Positions 21,096 to 30,074 of a DNA stretch of 47,890 nucleotides are shown piece after piece (position 1 is the stretch's first letter; the number at the start of each line of letters is the position of its first letter). The notes below the pieces were generated by a model. The model was not told the DNA's origin, did no database searches, and worked only from the letters and a program-made list of their open reading frames with translations. Made by a program: the position numbers and the translations under genes. Source of the stretch: a virus (lineage: Duplodnaviria; Heunggongvirae; Uroviricota; Caudoviricetes); IMG/VR virus record IMGVR_UViG_2671180896_000002. One strand, written 5' to 3'.

Positions 21096-22161
21096 TCCTT
21101 ACTCTGGCATCAACCACATTAATATTGATCGCCACAGGCTGGGGATGTTCATTATCTTCCACCGTTTCGATCTCTTTGCGCAGCTTCTGGTTTTCCATTC
21201 TGCGCCGTTCAATTTCCAGTTCCTGTAGCCGTTTATCTGCACATAAAGCCCCGCCAGCAGAAAACAAACGCAACAATTCACGCCGGGCGGCAGCCTTATC
21301 CTCCAGCAGGATCTCAACGCCGAATTTTCCGAATTTTGCCCCTGCATATAATTGCCGCGCATCCCCATCAAGCAGAGTGGTATCAGCCATATAAAGCTGT
21401 CCCGTTCCCTCACCGCAGCACTTCGGGCAGTCCGGATTGGGTATGGCGTTATCAACAAAGCCGAGGCCTCCATATTCCGGTTCGGGTTTGCCATCTCTGG
21501 AAGCCTGCGCCGCTGCCTTGTCGAATTCTGCTATATCGCGCCACTGGTAGAGATGATTCTCGCCCCAGCAATAACGGCAGTTAACACGGCGAAATTGTGC
21601 AAGCTGATTGGGGTCGGCCAGGACAATAGCCATCAACTGACTCACTAGTAAATCCAGGTCTGCGGTATAGCGTTTCTGGTACTGATTGCGGAAGTAGCTG
21701 ATAGCGCGAAAAACCCTGGCATTTCTAAGCATACGACTGGCGTTGCTGTTAGCTGTCGCACCTTGCCCCTCATAACCGGCTAGTCGGTACGCCTCTGTCG
21801 GCTTTTTACCCTGAGCAACAAGCATCGCAAACTTAGCCTGCTGGTCAGAAATGCCGAATTCATCGGGACAGAACGAAAATTCCTCCGCGTCGCCCTCATT
21901 CAGGCCCGCATCGAATACTGGCTTTTTTTCCTGAGATTTTTCGTTCCGCTTTTGTGCAGTCTGCGCAGATTTTTTCTGCGCACTTTTTTGCGCAGTTTTG
22001 CACATTTCTGTCTGCGCATTTTTCGGAGTTTTTTTGATGTAACGACGGGCTGTTGCGTAATTCAGTCCCCTTGCTTCACACCATGCCACCGGAGATATAC
22101 CGGAGCGGGTGTATTCAGCAATATACTCCTGCTGCAACGCCCCCCAGTCCGGTCTGCTCAT
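21067..22161 (-). CDS. Terminase small subunit (Terminase_2-like)
   Basis: 364-aa ORF with N-terminal HTH-like region and the segment FAMLVAQGKKPTEAYRLAGYEGQGATANSNASRMLRNARV typical of terminase small subunits; overlaps TerL start. Confidence 0.7.
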   Translation of the reverse strand: MSRPDWGALQQEYIAEYTRSGISPVAWCEARGLNYATARRYIKKTPKNAQTEMCKTAQKSAQKKSAQTAQKRNEKSQEKKPVFDAGLNEGDAEEFSFCPDEFGISDQQAKFAMLVAQGKKPTEAYRLAGYEGQGATANSNASRMLRNARVFRAISYFRNQYQKRYTADLDLLVSQLMAIVLADPNQLAQFRRVNCRYCWGENHLYQWRDIAEFDKAAAQASRDGKPEPEYGGLGFVDNAIPNPDCPKCCGEGTGQLYMADTTLLDGDARQLYAGAKFGKFGVEILLEDKAAARRELLRLFSAGGALCADKRLQELEIERRRMENQKLRKEIETVEDNEHPQPVAININVVDARVRSDEDDLSDA

Positions 22162-22164
22162 CAG

Positions 22165-22416
22165 TTAGTCCTGATTTTTATCCACCCTGAGTAGTTCGCG
22201 CAGAGCAAAGGCATCCCCTTTTCTGGCAAGCTTAAACAATGCCGCTCGTAACTCGGCTTCACCTTTCGCTCTGCCCTTACGGATGGCCGCATAAAAATCT
22301 GTCATTGCTTCCCGATTTTCTTTCAGTCGGTTCAGATCAACATCCAGAACGTCAGCGATTTGTTGTGCAGTCATCCGGCACGCTGCCAGAGACTCGACTT
22401 TCGAATACGGAATCAT
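22165..22416 (-). CDS. Small putative DNA-binding (HTH) protein
   Basis: 83-aa ORF (possible internal start at MTAQQIADVLDV...) just upstream of TerS; overlaps the 3' end of the upstream ORF. Confidence 0.4.
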   Translation of the reverse strand: MIPYSKVESLAACRMTAQQIADVLDVDLNRLKENREAMTDFYAAIRKGRAKGEAELRAALFKLARKGDAFALRELLRVDKNQD

Positions 22417-23305
22417 TTGTCACCCCCATTGATATGCAGGGTGTCTTCTTCCTGTATTTTTCGTGAAGGATTTTTACTGCAGCGTTGTTCCAGGTGACCT
22501 GATGGTGAATGCGTTTATGGCTGGCACCCATCAGTGAGATTTTTACGCACGACGGCGCATACATGACGGAGTAAAAACTTTTAACGTAGGTTCCGGAATC
22601 CAGATATAGCTCGGTCATTCCGCCGCTGTTTTTCTGCGTCTGTTTCTGCCCTAACTGGACAGCACCGATCGTCATAAACAATTCACCACAGCGACCGAGA
22701 TTCGTGTACGTATTCACATCCTCGTTAATGCGCCCCATGAATGAGAACGGTCGATCAACCGAACAGATAAAGCTGTTCATTGCCTTGCGTTTCACCCACG
22801 AAGCATGGCCGCCATTGTCACCAAGAAAATCCCCGCCCTGCGACATAGCGATGGAAAGAGCAGGTATTGATTCGTAGTACGCCAGCATTTCAGAAAGGAT
22901 CGCATCCAGTTTCCTTATCGGAAAATAGGCCTGGTCATAGTTGCGATCCACCCGAAACTGGAACTCGTGATAATCATCATCGAGCTGAATGAAGTATTTA
23001 CACCCGACCAGTTTTGCCAGGTCGAAACAGGCATTACGGGCGTAAAAAATTGAGCGGCGGTCACAGAAATTATCGGCTTCGTCAAAACGACTGGCGATAT
23101 CGGCTTTGGAAAACACCAGCACCTGTTCACCAAATTCAGCCATGTACTGATTCCGTGTCTTATCTTCATCATCAACAACGATAAAAATTTTCCCGGTATA
23201 GCCAGCACGACGCAACGTCCGGTAAGTCAGAACTTTGTCCGGTCGCCCGTGAGTCAGAATAAAGGCGCAAAAATCATCACGCATATTCCTCCTCCTCACC
23301 ACCAT
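22352..23305 (-). CDS. Hypothetical protein, 317 aa, function unknown (possible nucleotide-binding/transferase-like fold)
   Basis: ORF translationally coupled to the upstream ParB-like gene; contains FIVVDDEDK and LDDDYHEF acidic motifs; no confident family assignment possible by eye. Confidence 0.5.
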   Translation of the reverse strand: MVVRRRNMRDDFCAFILTHGRPDKVLTYRTLRRAGYTGKIFIVVDDEDKTRNQYMAEFGEQVLVFSKADIASRFDEADNFCDRRSIFYARNACFDLAKLVGCKYFIQLDDDYHEFQFRVDRNYDQAYFPIRKLDAILSEMLAYYESIPALSIAMSQGGDFLGDNGGHASWVKRKAMNSFICSVDRPFSFMGRINEDVNTYTNLGRCGELFMTIGAVQLGQKQTQKNSGGMTELYLDSGTYVKSFYSVMYAPSCVKISLMGASHKRIHHQVTWNNAAVKILHEKYRKKTPCISMGVTNDSVFESRVSGSVPDDCTTNR

Positions 23306-24068
23306 GCATGATCTCCACCATGCGCTGCGTCATCCGGACAAATCCATTTTCAATAGCCTGCTGATAATCAATGATCACCAGCGCCGACTCCTCGAAAAAA
23401 CACTGAATTTCAGAGGGGGCGTGAGCGTAATAGTCCGCAATTCTGCTGAAATTAAACACCGTGTGACGTTCTGCCGCACACAGGAGGAATTTCTCAATAT
23501 CAGGCTCAAGGGACGCCGAACGTATCCGGCTGATCAGCTCCTGAGTTTTCGTATCGTCGTACAGTTCACTGATATCCGGTTTACCGCCCGACGGCTCATA
23601 AACAGGCGTATCAATTTTCGTCGTATACGGCTCCTCCTCATTTCCTGTACCGGGCAAAACATCCGTCAACAGTTCATCAATTTCTGTCGGGATGAAGCCT
23701 GTCAGGGAGACATCAAAATCAGCATTGATTAGGTCCGACAGCTCCATCCGCAACAGATCTTCATCCCAGCCAGCATTCATCGGCAGGCGATTATCTGCCA
23801 GGCGGTACGCCTTTTTCTGCTCATCCGTCAGGCCAGACAGAACAATGACCGGAACAGAATCCATTTTGAGCATTTCAGCCGCCATAACACGACCGTGACC
23901 CGCAATAATTTCGCCCTTTTCGTCAATCAGCACCGGATTAGTCCAGCCGAATTGCTTAATACTTTCTACCAGTTGTGCCACCTGCTCAGGGCTGTGCGTC
24001 CTGGCGTTGTGCGCATACGGTGACAATTCTTGTAATGGGCGATAGACTATCTTTAATTTCTCGCTCAT
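23277..24068 (-). CDS. ParB-like nuclease domain protein
   Basis: 263-aa ORF with N-terminal segment LIDEKGEIIAGHGRVMAA resembling the ParB/Srx-fold GxxR box; acidic C-terminus. Confidence 0.6.
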   Translation of the reverse strand: MSEKLKIVYRPLQELSPYAHNARTHSPEQVAQLVESIKQFGWTNPVLIDEKGEIIAGHGRVMAAEMLKMDSVPVIVLSGLTDEQKKAYRLADNRLPMNAGWDEDLLRMELSDLINADFDVSLTGFIPTEIDELLTDVLPGTGNEEEPYTTKIDTPVYEPSGGKPDISELYDDTKTQELISRIRSASLEPDIEKFLLCAAERHTVFNFSRIADYYAHAPSEIQCFFEESALVIIDYQQAIENGFVRMTQRMVEIMHGGEEEEYA

Positions 24069-24205
24069 ACAGCCTTGCTTTATGAATAAAACGCACCCCA
24101 GCAGCCAGTGCTACTGGGGACGGAGGGGTTGCTGGTAAAGTTAGGTATTGGATCAATGAGTGAGTCAACATAATATTAAACTCACAATTATAAATCAGCC
24201 ATATA

Positions 24206-25663
24206 TTAGGAGCGCCAAAAAAAACCTGAAAACAATATAATAACAGGATAAATTTCAAGGCGACCAAGAATCATAGCTATGCACATTAAACATTTTGCAA
24301 TGTCATTAAGCACTCCGAATGACGATGCAGTAGCCCCAAAACCTAATCCCATATTATTAATACATGCAGCCACTGTTGCAAATGATGTAAGAAAATCATA
24401 TCCCATACCATTTAACACCAGTATAAAAAACACCGTGAAGAGAGTATAAAGAAAAAAGAAACTCCATACAGACCTCATTACACGATCTGTAACTATCTTC
24501 CCTCCTACATTTACACTCAACAACGCTCTGGGATGAGAAAGCTGATTTATCTCGTGTTTGCTTTGTTTGAAAAGTATAAGAAATCGAAGTGACTTAATTC
24601 CACCACAAGTTGAACCTATACATCCCCCAAAGAAACTTGACAACAGCAAAAACACTATCGTGTGCGTGGGCCAACTTGCATAATCCTGCGTAGCTAAACC
24701 ATTATCAGTGAGCATGGAGCTGGCAAGAAAAAACGAATGAATAAAACTTCCATGCAAGTCATACATACCTATATGCCAGACCTGGAAAGAGGTAACAATG
24801 ATCACCCCTAAGGCTATTAACAGAAAGAAACGAAGTTCAATATCTCTGATTAAAGGTTTTATCGTTTTCCTGCTAATAACAATATACCAAAGAGTGAAGT
24901 TGAAAGCCGATAGCAGGGAAAAAGAACCAGCCACCAGCTCAACCAAATAGTTATTAAAATATCCGATACTCTCGCTATGAGTTGAGAAACCACCAAGCGA
25001 AACTGTGGAAATCCCGTGACAAATAGCATCAAACAAAGGCATTCCTGCAAGTCTATAACAGACAATACAAGCAATACCTAATAAAGAATAAGTTATCCAC
25101 AGTGTCCGTGACGTATCGGCCAGGCGGGGAGTGAGTTTGTCATCCTTAAATGGCCCCGGCATTTCTGACTGATAAAGCTTTGCACCACCAATACCCAATA
25201 ATGGCAATACAGCAACCGCCAGAACAATAACTCCTAAACCACCTATAAAATTTAACTGTGACCGATAGTACAAATATGCCCGAGGTAATGAACTAACATC
25301 ATCAATTACAGTTGCTCCTGTTGTTGTTATTCCAGAAACCCCTTCAAACAGAGCATCAATGAACGTTAAATTAAGTTCTGAGTCAATCCATAAAGGGAAT
25401 GCACTAATAACAGAAAACAAAATCCAAAACATTACAATTATAATAAACCCATCACGGGTACGTAATTGAATGCCAGATTTCTTAGTTGTATACCACGCTC
25501 CGCCACCAATGCAAAAAAATATAACGAAAGTTATAAAGAAAACGAACAGGCTTTTTTCTTTATAAAACAATGCTACAACCATTGGTGGCAACATTGAAAG
25601 ACTATAGAGCCAAACCAGGAACCCACACATATGAGTAACAACTCTTACATGAGATGTATTCAT
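24206..25663 (-). CDS. trkG: Trk-system potassium uptake protein TrkG (TrkH/KtrB family)
   Basis: 485-aa polytopic membrane protein from MNTSHVRVVTHMCGFLVWLYSL...; recognisable as Rac prophage TrkG; gene is markedly AT-rich. Confidence 0.9.
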   Translation of the reverse strand: MNTSHVRVVTHMCGFLVWLYSLSMLPPMVVALFYKEKSLFVFFITFVIFFCIGGGAWYTTKKSGIQLRTRDGFIIIVMFWILFSVISAFPLWIDSELNLTFIDALFEGVSGITTTGATVIDDVSSLPRAYLYYRSQLNFIGGLGVIVLAVAVLPLLGIGGAKLYQSEMPGPFKDDKLTPRLADTSRTLWITYSLLGIACIVCYRLAGMPLFDAICHGISTVSLGGFSTHSESIGYFNNYLVELVAGSFSLLSAFNFTLWYIVISRKTIKPLIRDIELRFFLLIALGVIIVTSFQVWHIGMYDLHGSFIHSFFLASSMLTDNGLATQDYASWPTHTIVFLLLSSFFGGCIGSTCGGIKSLRFLILFKQSKHEINQLSHPRALLSVNVGGKIVTDRVMRSVWSFFFLYTLFTVFFILVLNGMGYDFLTSFATVAACINNMGLGFGATASSFGVLNDIAKCLMCIAMILGRLEIYPVIILFSGFFWRS

Positions 25664-25800
25664 ATCTAAATATTCTTTCAATTATAACCACCTTGCTGCA
25701 ATATTATGATTATACTGTATAAAATTTAACTCCTCTTAGATCTTACTTCACTGTTCCTTATGAAACAATCATCAAAATGAATCATATTGTAGTTAAGATT

Positions 25801-26265
25801 TTACTTTAAACACTGCTCGGTTATGTATTGCTGAGCACCTTCAAGTTGGGCCTGCATCATTACCAGTCGTTCCCGGAGGGTGAAATAATCCCGTTCAGCG
25901 GTGTCTGCCAGTCGGGGGGAGGCTGCATTATCCACGCCGGAGGCGGTGGTGGCTTCACGCACTGACTGACAGACTGCTTTGATGTGCAACCGACGACGAC
26001 CAGCGGCAACATCATCACGCAGAACATCATTTTCAGCTTTCGCATCAGCTAACTCCTTCGTGTATTTTGCATCGAGCGCAGCAACATCACGCTGACGCAT
26101 CTGCATGTCAGTAATTGCCGCGTTCGCCAGCTTCAGTTCTCTGGCATTTTTGTCGCGCTGTTCTTTGTAGGCGATGGCGTTATCACGGTAATGATTAACA
26201 CCCCATGACAGGCAGACGACGATGCAGATAACCAGAGCGGAGATAATCGCGGTTACTCTGTTCAT
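25801..26265 (-). CDS. Spanin, inner-membrane subunit (Rz)
   Basis: Start [21 protein letters not shown] (N-terminal TM) overlapping the endolysin stop (ATGA); coiled-coil periplasmic domain; last gene of the lysis cassette. Confidence 0.8.
   Translation of the reverse strand: MNRVTAIISALVICIVVCLSWGVNHYRDNAIAYKEQRDKNARELKLANAAITDMQMRQRDVAALDAKYTKELADAKAENDVLRDDVAAGRRRLHIKAVCQSVREATTASGVDNAASPRLADTAERDYFTLRERLVMMQAQLEGAQQYITEQCLK
25860..26045 (-). CDS. Spanin, outer-membrane lipoprotein subunit (Rz1), embedded in Rz in another frame
   Basis: 61-aa [27 protein letters not shown]... with lipobox (VVGC) and proline-rich mature part ([15 protein letters not shown]), fully inside Rz. Confidence 0.75.
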   Translation of the reverse strand: MRKLKMMFCVMMLPLVVVGCTSKQSVSQCVKPPPPPAWIMQPPPDWQTPLNGIISPSGNDW

Positions 26266-26759
26266 TGCTGACCCCACAAACAGATTTCACGCTCAATCTC
26301 ACGACGAGTCATGAGACCTTTCCATTGCTTACCGCCAGCATATGTCCAGCGACGTAGCTGATCACATGCGCCTTTGATATCGCCCTGGTTTATTTTGCGA
26401 AGAAGCGTCGATGTTCTGAAATTGCCAGCACCCACGTTGTAAACGAATGAGTAAAGAGCGCCGCGCGTTGTTTCCGGTATATCGACTTTGATGTACGGGT
26501 TAATTTGTCTGGCGACCGTGGCAAGGTCTTTATTCAAGAGTGTTTTGCATTCTGCTTTGGTATACGTTTTACCGAGCATGATGTCTTTTCCTGTATGCCC
26601 GTGACATACAGTCCATACACCAACAATATCTTTGTATGGTATGTAGCTGACACCTTCCAGACCATCGTTACCACTTGGGCCAGTGATTAACACTGATGCT
26701 ATAGCAATTGCTCCGCCACCAATAGCAGCAGCAACGACTTTTCGTAATGATGGAGGCAT
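26262..26759 (-). CDS. SAR endolysin (lysozyme family, N-terminal signal-anchor-release domain)
   Basis: 165-aa ORF with Gly/Ala-rich weakly hydrophobic N-terminus ([20 protein letters not shown]); start overlaps holin stop (TAATG). Confidence 0.8.
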   Translation of the reverse strand: MPPSLRKVVAAAIGGGAIAIASVLITGPSGNDGLEGVSYIPYKDIVGVWTVCHGHTGKDIMLGKTYTKAECKTLLNKDLATVARQINPYIKVDIPETTRGALYSFVYNVGAGNFRTSTLLRKINQGDIKGACDQLRRWTYAGGKQWKGLMTRREIEREICLWGQQ

Positions 26760-26974
26760 TATTCACCTCTCGCAGCCTTGCGCTTATCTTCTTTAATCTT
26801 GAAATAAAGGTTTGTCAGGTACGTCAGCAGGCCAAATACCAGACTACCCAGCACACCGATTGCAGCCCACTGTGACGGAGTTACTCTATCGAGCAACTGT
26901 AAAAACCAGTAGCCAGCACTGCCTGCGGAGGTGCCGTAGGCAATGCCTGTTGAAATTTTGTCCATGGATTTCAT
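26759..26974 (-). CDS. Pinholin (phage 21 S-like) with dual-start motif
   Basis: [71 protein letters not shown]: two TM segments, dual starts MKSM.../MDK... as in S21 antiholin/holin; GGAGGTGAGG SD upstream. Confidence 0.85.
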   Translation of the reverse strand: MKSMDKISTGIAYGTSAGSAGYWFLQLLDRVTPSQWAAIGVLGSLVFGLLTYLTNLYFKIKEDKRKAARGE

Positions 26975-27075
26975 AGCCTCACCTCCGCACGGAACGGATG
27001 GCATAGTTATTATGTGTAGGCTTTCAGACACATCAATCAGAGCCTTAATTGATATATATGCTGGAGACGATGCAA

Positions 27076-27100
27076 TATAAAAAGCTCGCCGTAGCGAGCT
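27076..27100 (-). terminator. Rho-independent terminator between moron lipoprotein genes and the lysis cassette
   Basis: Minus strand: AGCTCGC-TACG-GCGAGCT followed by TTTTTATATT. Confidence 0.55.
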
Positions 27101-27225
27101 AATATAATGTATTTCTCTGATATTATGTTTATTTGTATTAGCTCAGACTTGACATCACAGGTTTCGTATATAGAACATCATCAAATCTGTCAGTTTGCTA
27201 TGAATGAGATATAGTAATTGAAGAG

Positions 27226-27621
27226 CTAACCTCGCATGTCAAAGCCAGATTTCTGAAAATCTCTGTAGACTTCCGGATTGTTGAAGGCCGGAAATTTGGC
27301 TTTATGAGCTGCGGACTTTATCGCTTCGCAATAGGCTTTATCACCGTTACTGGTAGATATTTTTAACGCCGTGCCATCCTGAGAGAATTCCATATGCAAC
27401 CTGCATTTTTTCCCTTTCCAGTTATGCGGCTCATCAAGTTTGGCATTAATTGCAGCTCTGATTCCCCGCGCTTGCGCCCCCCATTCATCCTGATCATCCC
27501 AGCGTCCTGAACTGCAACTACCTGTAGCAGTAGTTTTGTGGCAATCTGAAGGGTGTAAAGGTGTGCATCCCGCAACAAAACCGACCCAAAAAGTCAACAT
27601 AACGATTTTCTTTAATCCCAC
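27226..27621 (-). CDS. Lipoprotein with TolA C-terminal (domain III)-like region, paralog 1
   Basis: 131-aa ORF; signal peptide plus lipobox (FVAGC); C-terminal KGKKCRLHMEFSQDGTALKISTSNGDKAYCEAIKSAAHKAKFPAFNNPEVYRDFQ follows the same pattern as paralog 2 and TolA domain III. Confidence 0.6.
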   Translation of the reverse strand: MGLKKIVMLTFWVGFVAGCTPLHPSDCHKTTATGSCSSGRWDDQDEWGAQARGIRAAINAKLDEPHNWKGKKCRLHMEFSQDGTALKISTSNGDKAYCEAIKSAAHKAKFPAFNNPEVYRDFQKSGFDMRG

Positions 27622-27771
27622 TTCTTGCTCCTCAATCCATTAAAATCTCAGCAATAGTAGTTGTTACGTCCGCCACTGGCTCAGAGCTGACTATCCGCTA
27701 AATTTAGCTCAGTGCCGTAGCTGTGTCAGAACAAACCTAAGCCGAAACCGTTTATTACAAAACAATAAATA

Positions 27772-28200
27772 TCAGGGTTTAAAATCCAGCACCCCATTTT
27801 GAAATACTTTATATACTTCCGGCGAAGGGGGGGCAGGTATATCAGCATTCTTTATCGCATTCATCGCTTCACGACATAAATCGAGGTCTCCACTTTCTCT
27901 TTTAACCTCCAGTAGAAGGCCATTCGGGGCCATATGCATTCTCAGTGTACACTCTTTTCCTGAATACTTACTCGCATCCCCGAACTGTTTTTCGATGGCG
28001 CTCTTGATTTGATGGGCATACAGACGGATATCCTCACTAACATCAGAAGTACGTTCAGATGAACTCACATACTGTGTCTCTATTGCTTTATCGGAGTAAT
28101 ATGATGTACGGTCATGATAATTTGTCGATACAGCATCAGTGCACCCGATAATAATCCCACTAATAATCAACGTAAGAATTGATGCGCTACGAAAACCCAT
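27772..28200 (-). CDS. Lipoprotein with TolA C-terminal (domain III)-like region, paralog 2
   Basis: 142-aa ORF; lipobox (IIGC); C-terminal YAHQIKSAIEKQFGDASKYSGKECTLRMHMAPNGLLLEVKRESGDLDLCREAMNAIKNADIPAPPSPEVYKVFQNGVLDFKP closely resembles the C-terminus of E. coli TolA as I recall it (...YAGQIKSAIESKFYDASSYAGKTCTLRIKLAPDGMLLDIKPEGGDPALCQAALAAAKLAKIPKPPSQAVYEVFKNAPLDFKP). Confidence 0.7.
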   Translation of the reverse strand: MGFRSASILTLIISGIIIGCTDAVSTNYHDRTSYYSDKAIETQYVSSSERTSDVSEDIRLYAHQIKSAIEKQFGDASKYSGKECTLRMHMAPNGLLLEVKRESGDLDLCREAMNAIKNADIPAPPSPEVYKVFQNGVLDFKP

Positions 28201-29138
28201 TTTTCCTCACATATGTCATATAGTAAAGGATTATATATACCGTTGTTTTGGACGCTCAAACAGCGAATCAGATCAAATAAAACGCACATTTGTTAACATT
28301 TACACAAAGTCTGCGTGGGATATTCTGAAAGAATATCCATAATGTGGAGAGAATCTATTGAAGTGCATGGTGCCGGGTGCCTCCCGGTGAACAAAATGTT
28401 CGTGATACCTGTCGGCGACAGAAAAGGTTAATGGTATCACCCCACCGCACAGGGGGATTCACCATGCAGGAGTTTTCTTAGCAAACTCACTGCGCGCCCG
28501 GCAACTCCCAACCACATAAAATGCGGAGTTTGTGGTATTTATGCATATAACTCGCAGGAATTATCTTAAAAAACTGATGTCGATCCGGATTAAAAAGAAG
28601 CAGGTCATCATCAGATGACTGGAAAAAAGGAAAACAAAAAATACTCATCATACAGTTTTGATTGCAGGGATGAGCCTGCTATGCACAATATGCAGAATAT
28701 AAGCAAGATAAAAATATGCAGGCATATTATTTCGGGTTTTGTTATTAACACAACCTTTTTAATAATCATTTGGCATACAATAAACCAGCCCAAAAAGAAC
28801 CGCCTAAACAGGCGGTTGGTCAATACAAAGGATGCTTCGTCTTTATTATAGTAATCTGAGGCGTCGGGTGTCTTGTATCAGACAACATATTGTCCCGCTA
28901 AACAGCGAATTACAAACCACCCTGCAATGATCTCTCATCTCATTTTATATGAGTTGACGACATCAGGATAACGCATCATCAGCCCCTGCCAAGAAATATC
29001 AAAACTCCCGCCAGCAATGTGTTATCACAATATTGTAAAAAAAACACAGCACCGAAACTATAACTGGTCTCTGTTATAATTTGGAGCAGAAAGACCAGTT
29101 GCCCAACTAGCAGCATTCTCCCCTGCTTTCCTGACGTA

Positions 29139-29166
29139 AAAAAACCGCATTAAGCGGTTTTTTTAC
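29139..29166 (-). terminator. Strong hairpin with flanking A and T runs, candidate late terminator (tR'-like) downstream of the Q-like gene
   Basis: AAAAAAACCGC-ATTAA-GCGGTTTTTTTA; on the minus strand the stem is followed by a 7-T run; about 80 nt downstream of the 180-aa gene stop. Confidence 0.55.
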
Positions 29167-29244
29167 GATGTCCATGTCTGCAATCCGCCTCGCGATACAG
29201 CTTTGCGAAGCATAGCAAAATTGAAGCAGTTTATACGTAAGAAA

Positions 29245-29787
29245 TCAAGCCATTTTCTCAGCAAATGATTCACGCATGGGAATATATAGGGCATACTCAG
29301 CAACAGCTAACCAATTAGCAATCCGTTTTTCGCATGTGCTAAAACACCACTCTGGGTGTGCATCATTTAGCAATTCAGCCATTTTGCGCTTAGTCATCCC
29401 CCGCCCTTCATAGCGTTGCCGGAGAATGCAAATCAATCCTGGATGCTCTGCCAGCACCTCACTTATGACTCGATCAATACATAACGCCTCTGCATCAGTA
29501 CAATGCGCCAGCCAGCTCTTTTGCTTGCCGTTGATCATCTCTCGCAAAAACGCTTCCAGCTCAGCTTTCTCTATTCCCGCTTTTTTCATTCTGCGCAGGG
29601 CTTCATTAATGGCTGTTTTCGTCAGTTTTTTGGATGCCAACAACTGATTGAACATATTCCCTGACCTGCCACCGCCAATATACGACCAGCGCCCCCACAT
29701 ACGTAGTTTTCCCTGAATCCAGACACTTTCCAGCGTGGTGAGGCGAAGGTGTTCTCCGCTTTTTCCTGTATTCGTTGGGTAAATCAT
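29245..29787 (-). CDS. Putative late-gene antiterminator (Q-like) by position; family not identified
   Basis: 180-aa ORF with Cys pairs (HCTDAEALC, EWCFSTCEK); last gene of the nin-like block, followed by terminator hairpin, morons and the lysis cassette, the position lambda Q occupies. Not lambda-Q-like in sequence. Confidence 0.4.
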   Translation of the reverse strand: MIYPTNTGKSGEHLRLTTLESVWIQGKLRMWGRWSYIGGGRSGNMFNQLLASKKLTKTAINEALRRMKKAGIEKAELEAFLREMINGKQKSWLAHCTDAEALCIDRVISEVLAEHPGLICILRQRYEGRGMTKRKMAELLNDAHPEWCFSTCEKRIANWLAVAEYALYIPMRESFAEKMA

Positions 29788-30074
29788 AAATGACCTTTCT
29801 TTCTCCAGATTTCTTGTGTGCGAAAAACCCCTTCAGCATGCATCAGGCGCAATTCTTCTTTGGTGTAATCGCTGGTTTTTACCCGCTCGTCGATTAGATC
29901 GTGGCATGAGCTACAGGCTATCGCCGCCTGCATATCGTGTGGTTTTGTCGCTGTTCCGCACGTCCCCGCCAGCCTGTAATGCGCCAGCACAGAGGTTTCG
30001 GGATTGTGATTGCAGTAGCCAGGGATTCTGATCTGGCACATCTGGCCTTTAGCCGCTTTACGTAAATTCACCAT
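29784..30074 (-). CDS. YbcO-like (DUF1364) protein, putative Zn-binding nuclease of lambdoid nin regions
   Basis: 96-aa ORF MVNLRKAAKGQMCQIRIPGYCNHNPETSVLAHYRLAGTCGTATKP...IACSSCHD with four conserved Cys, resembling DLP12 YbcO as recalled. Confidence 0.65.
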   Translation of the reverse strand: MVNLRKAAKGQMCQIRIPGYCNHNPETSVLAHYRLAGTCGTATKPHDMQAAIACSSCHDLIDERVKTSDYTKEELRLMHAEGVFRTQEIWRKKGHL

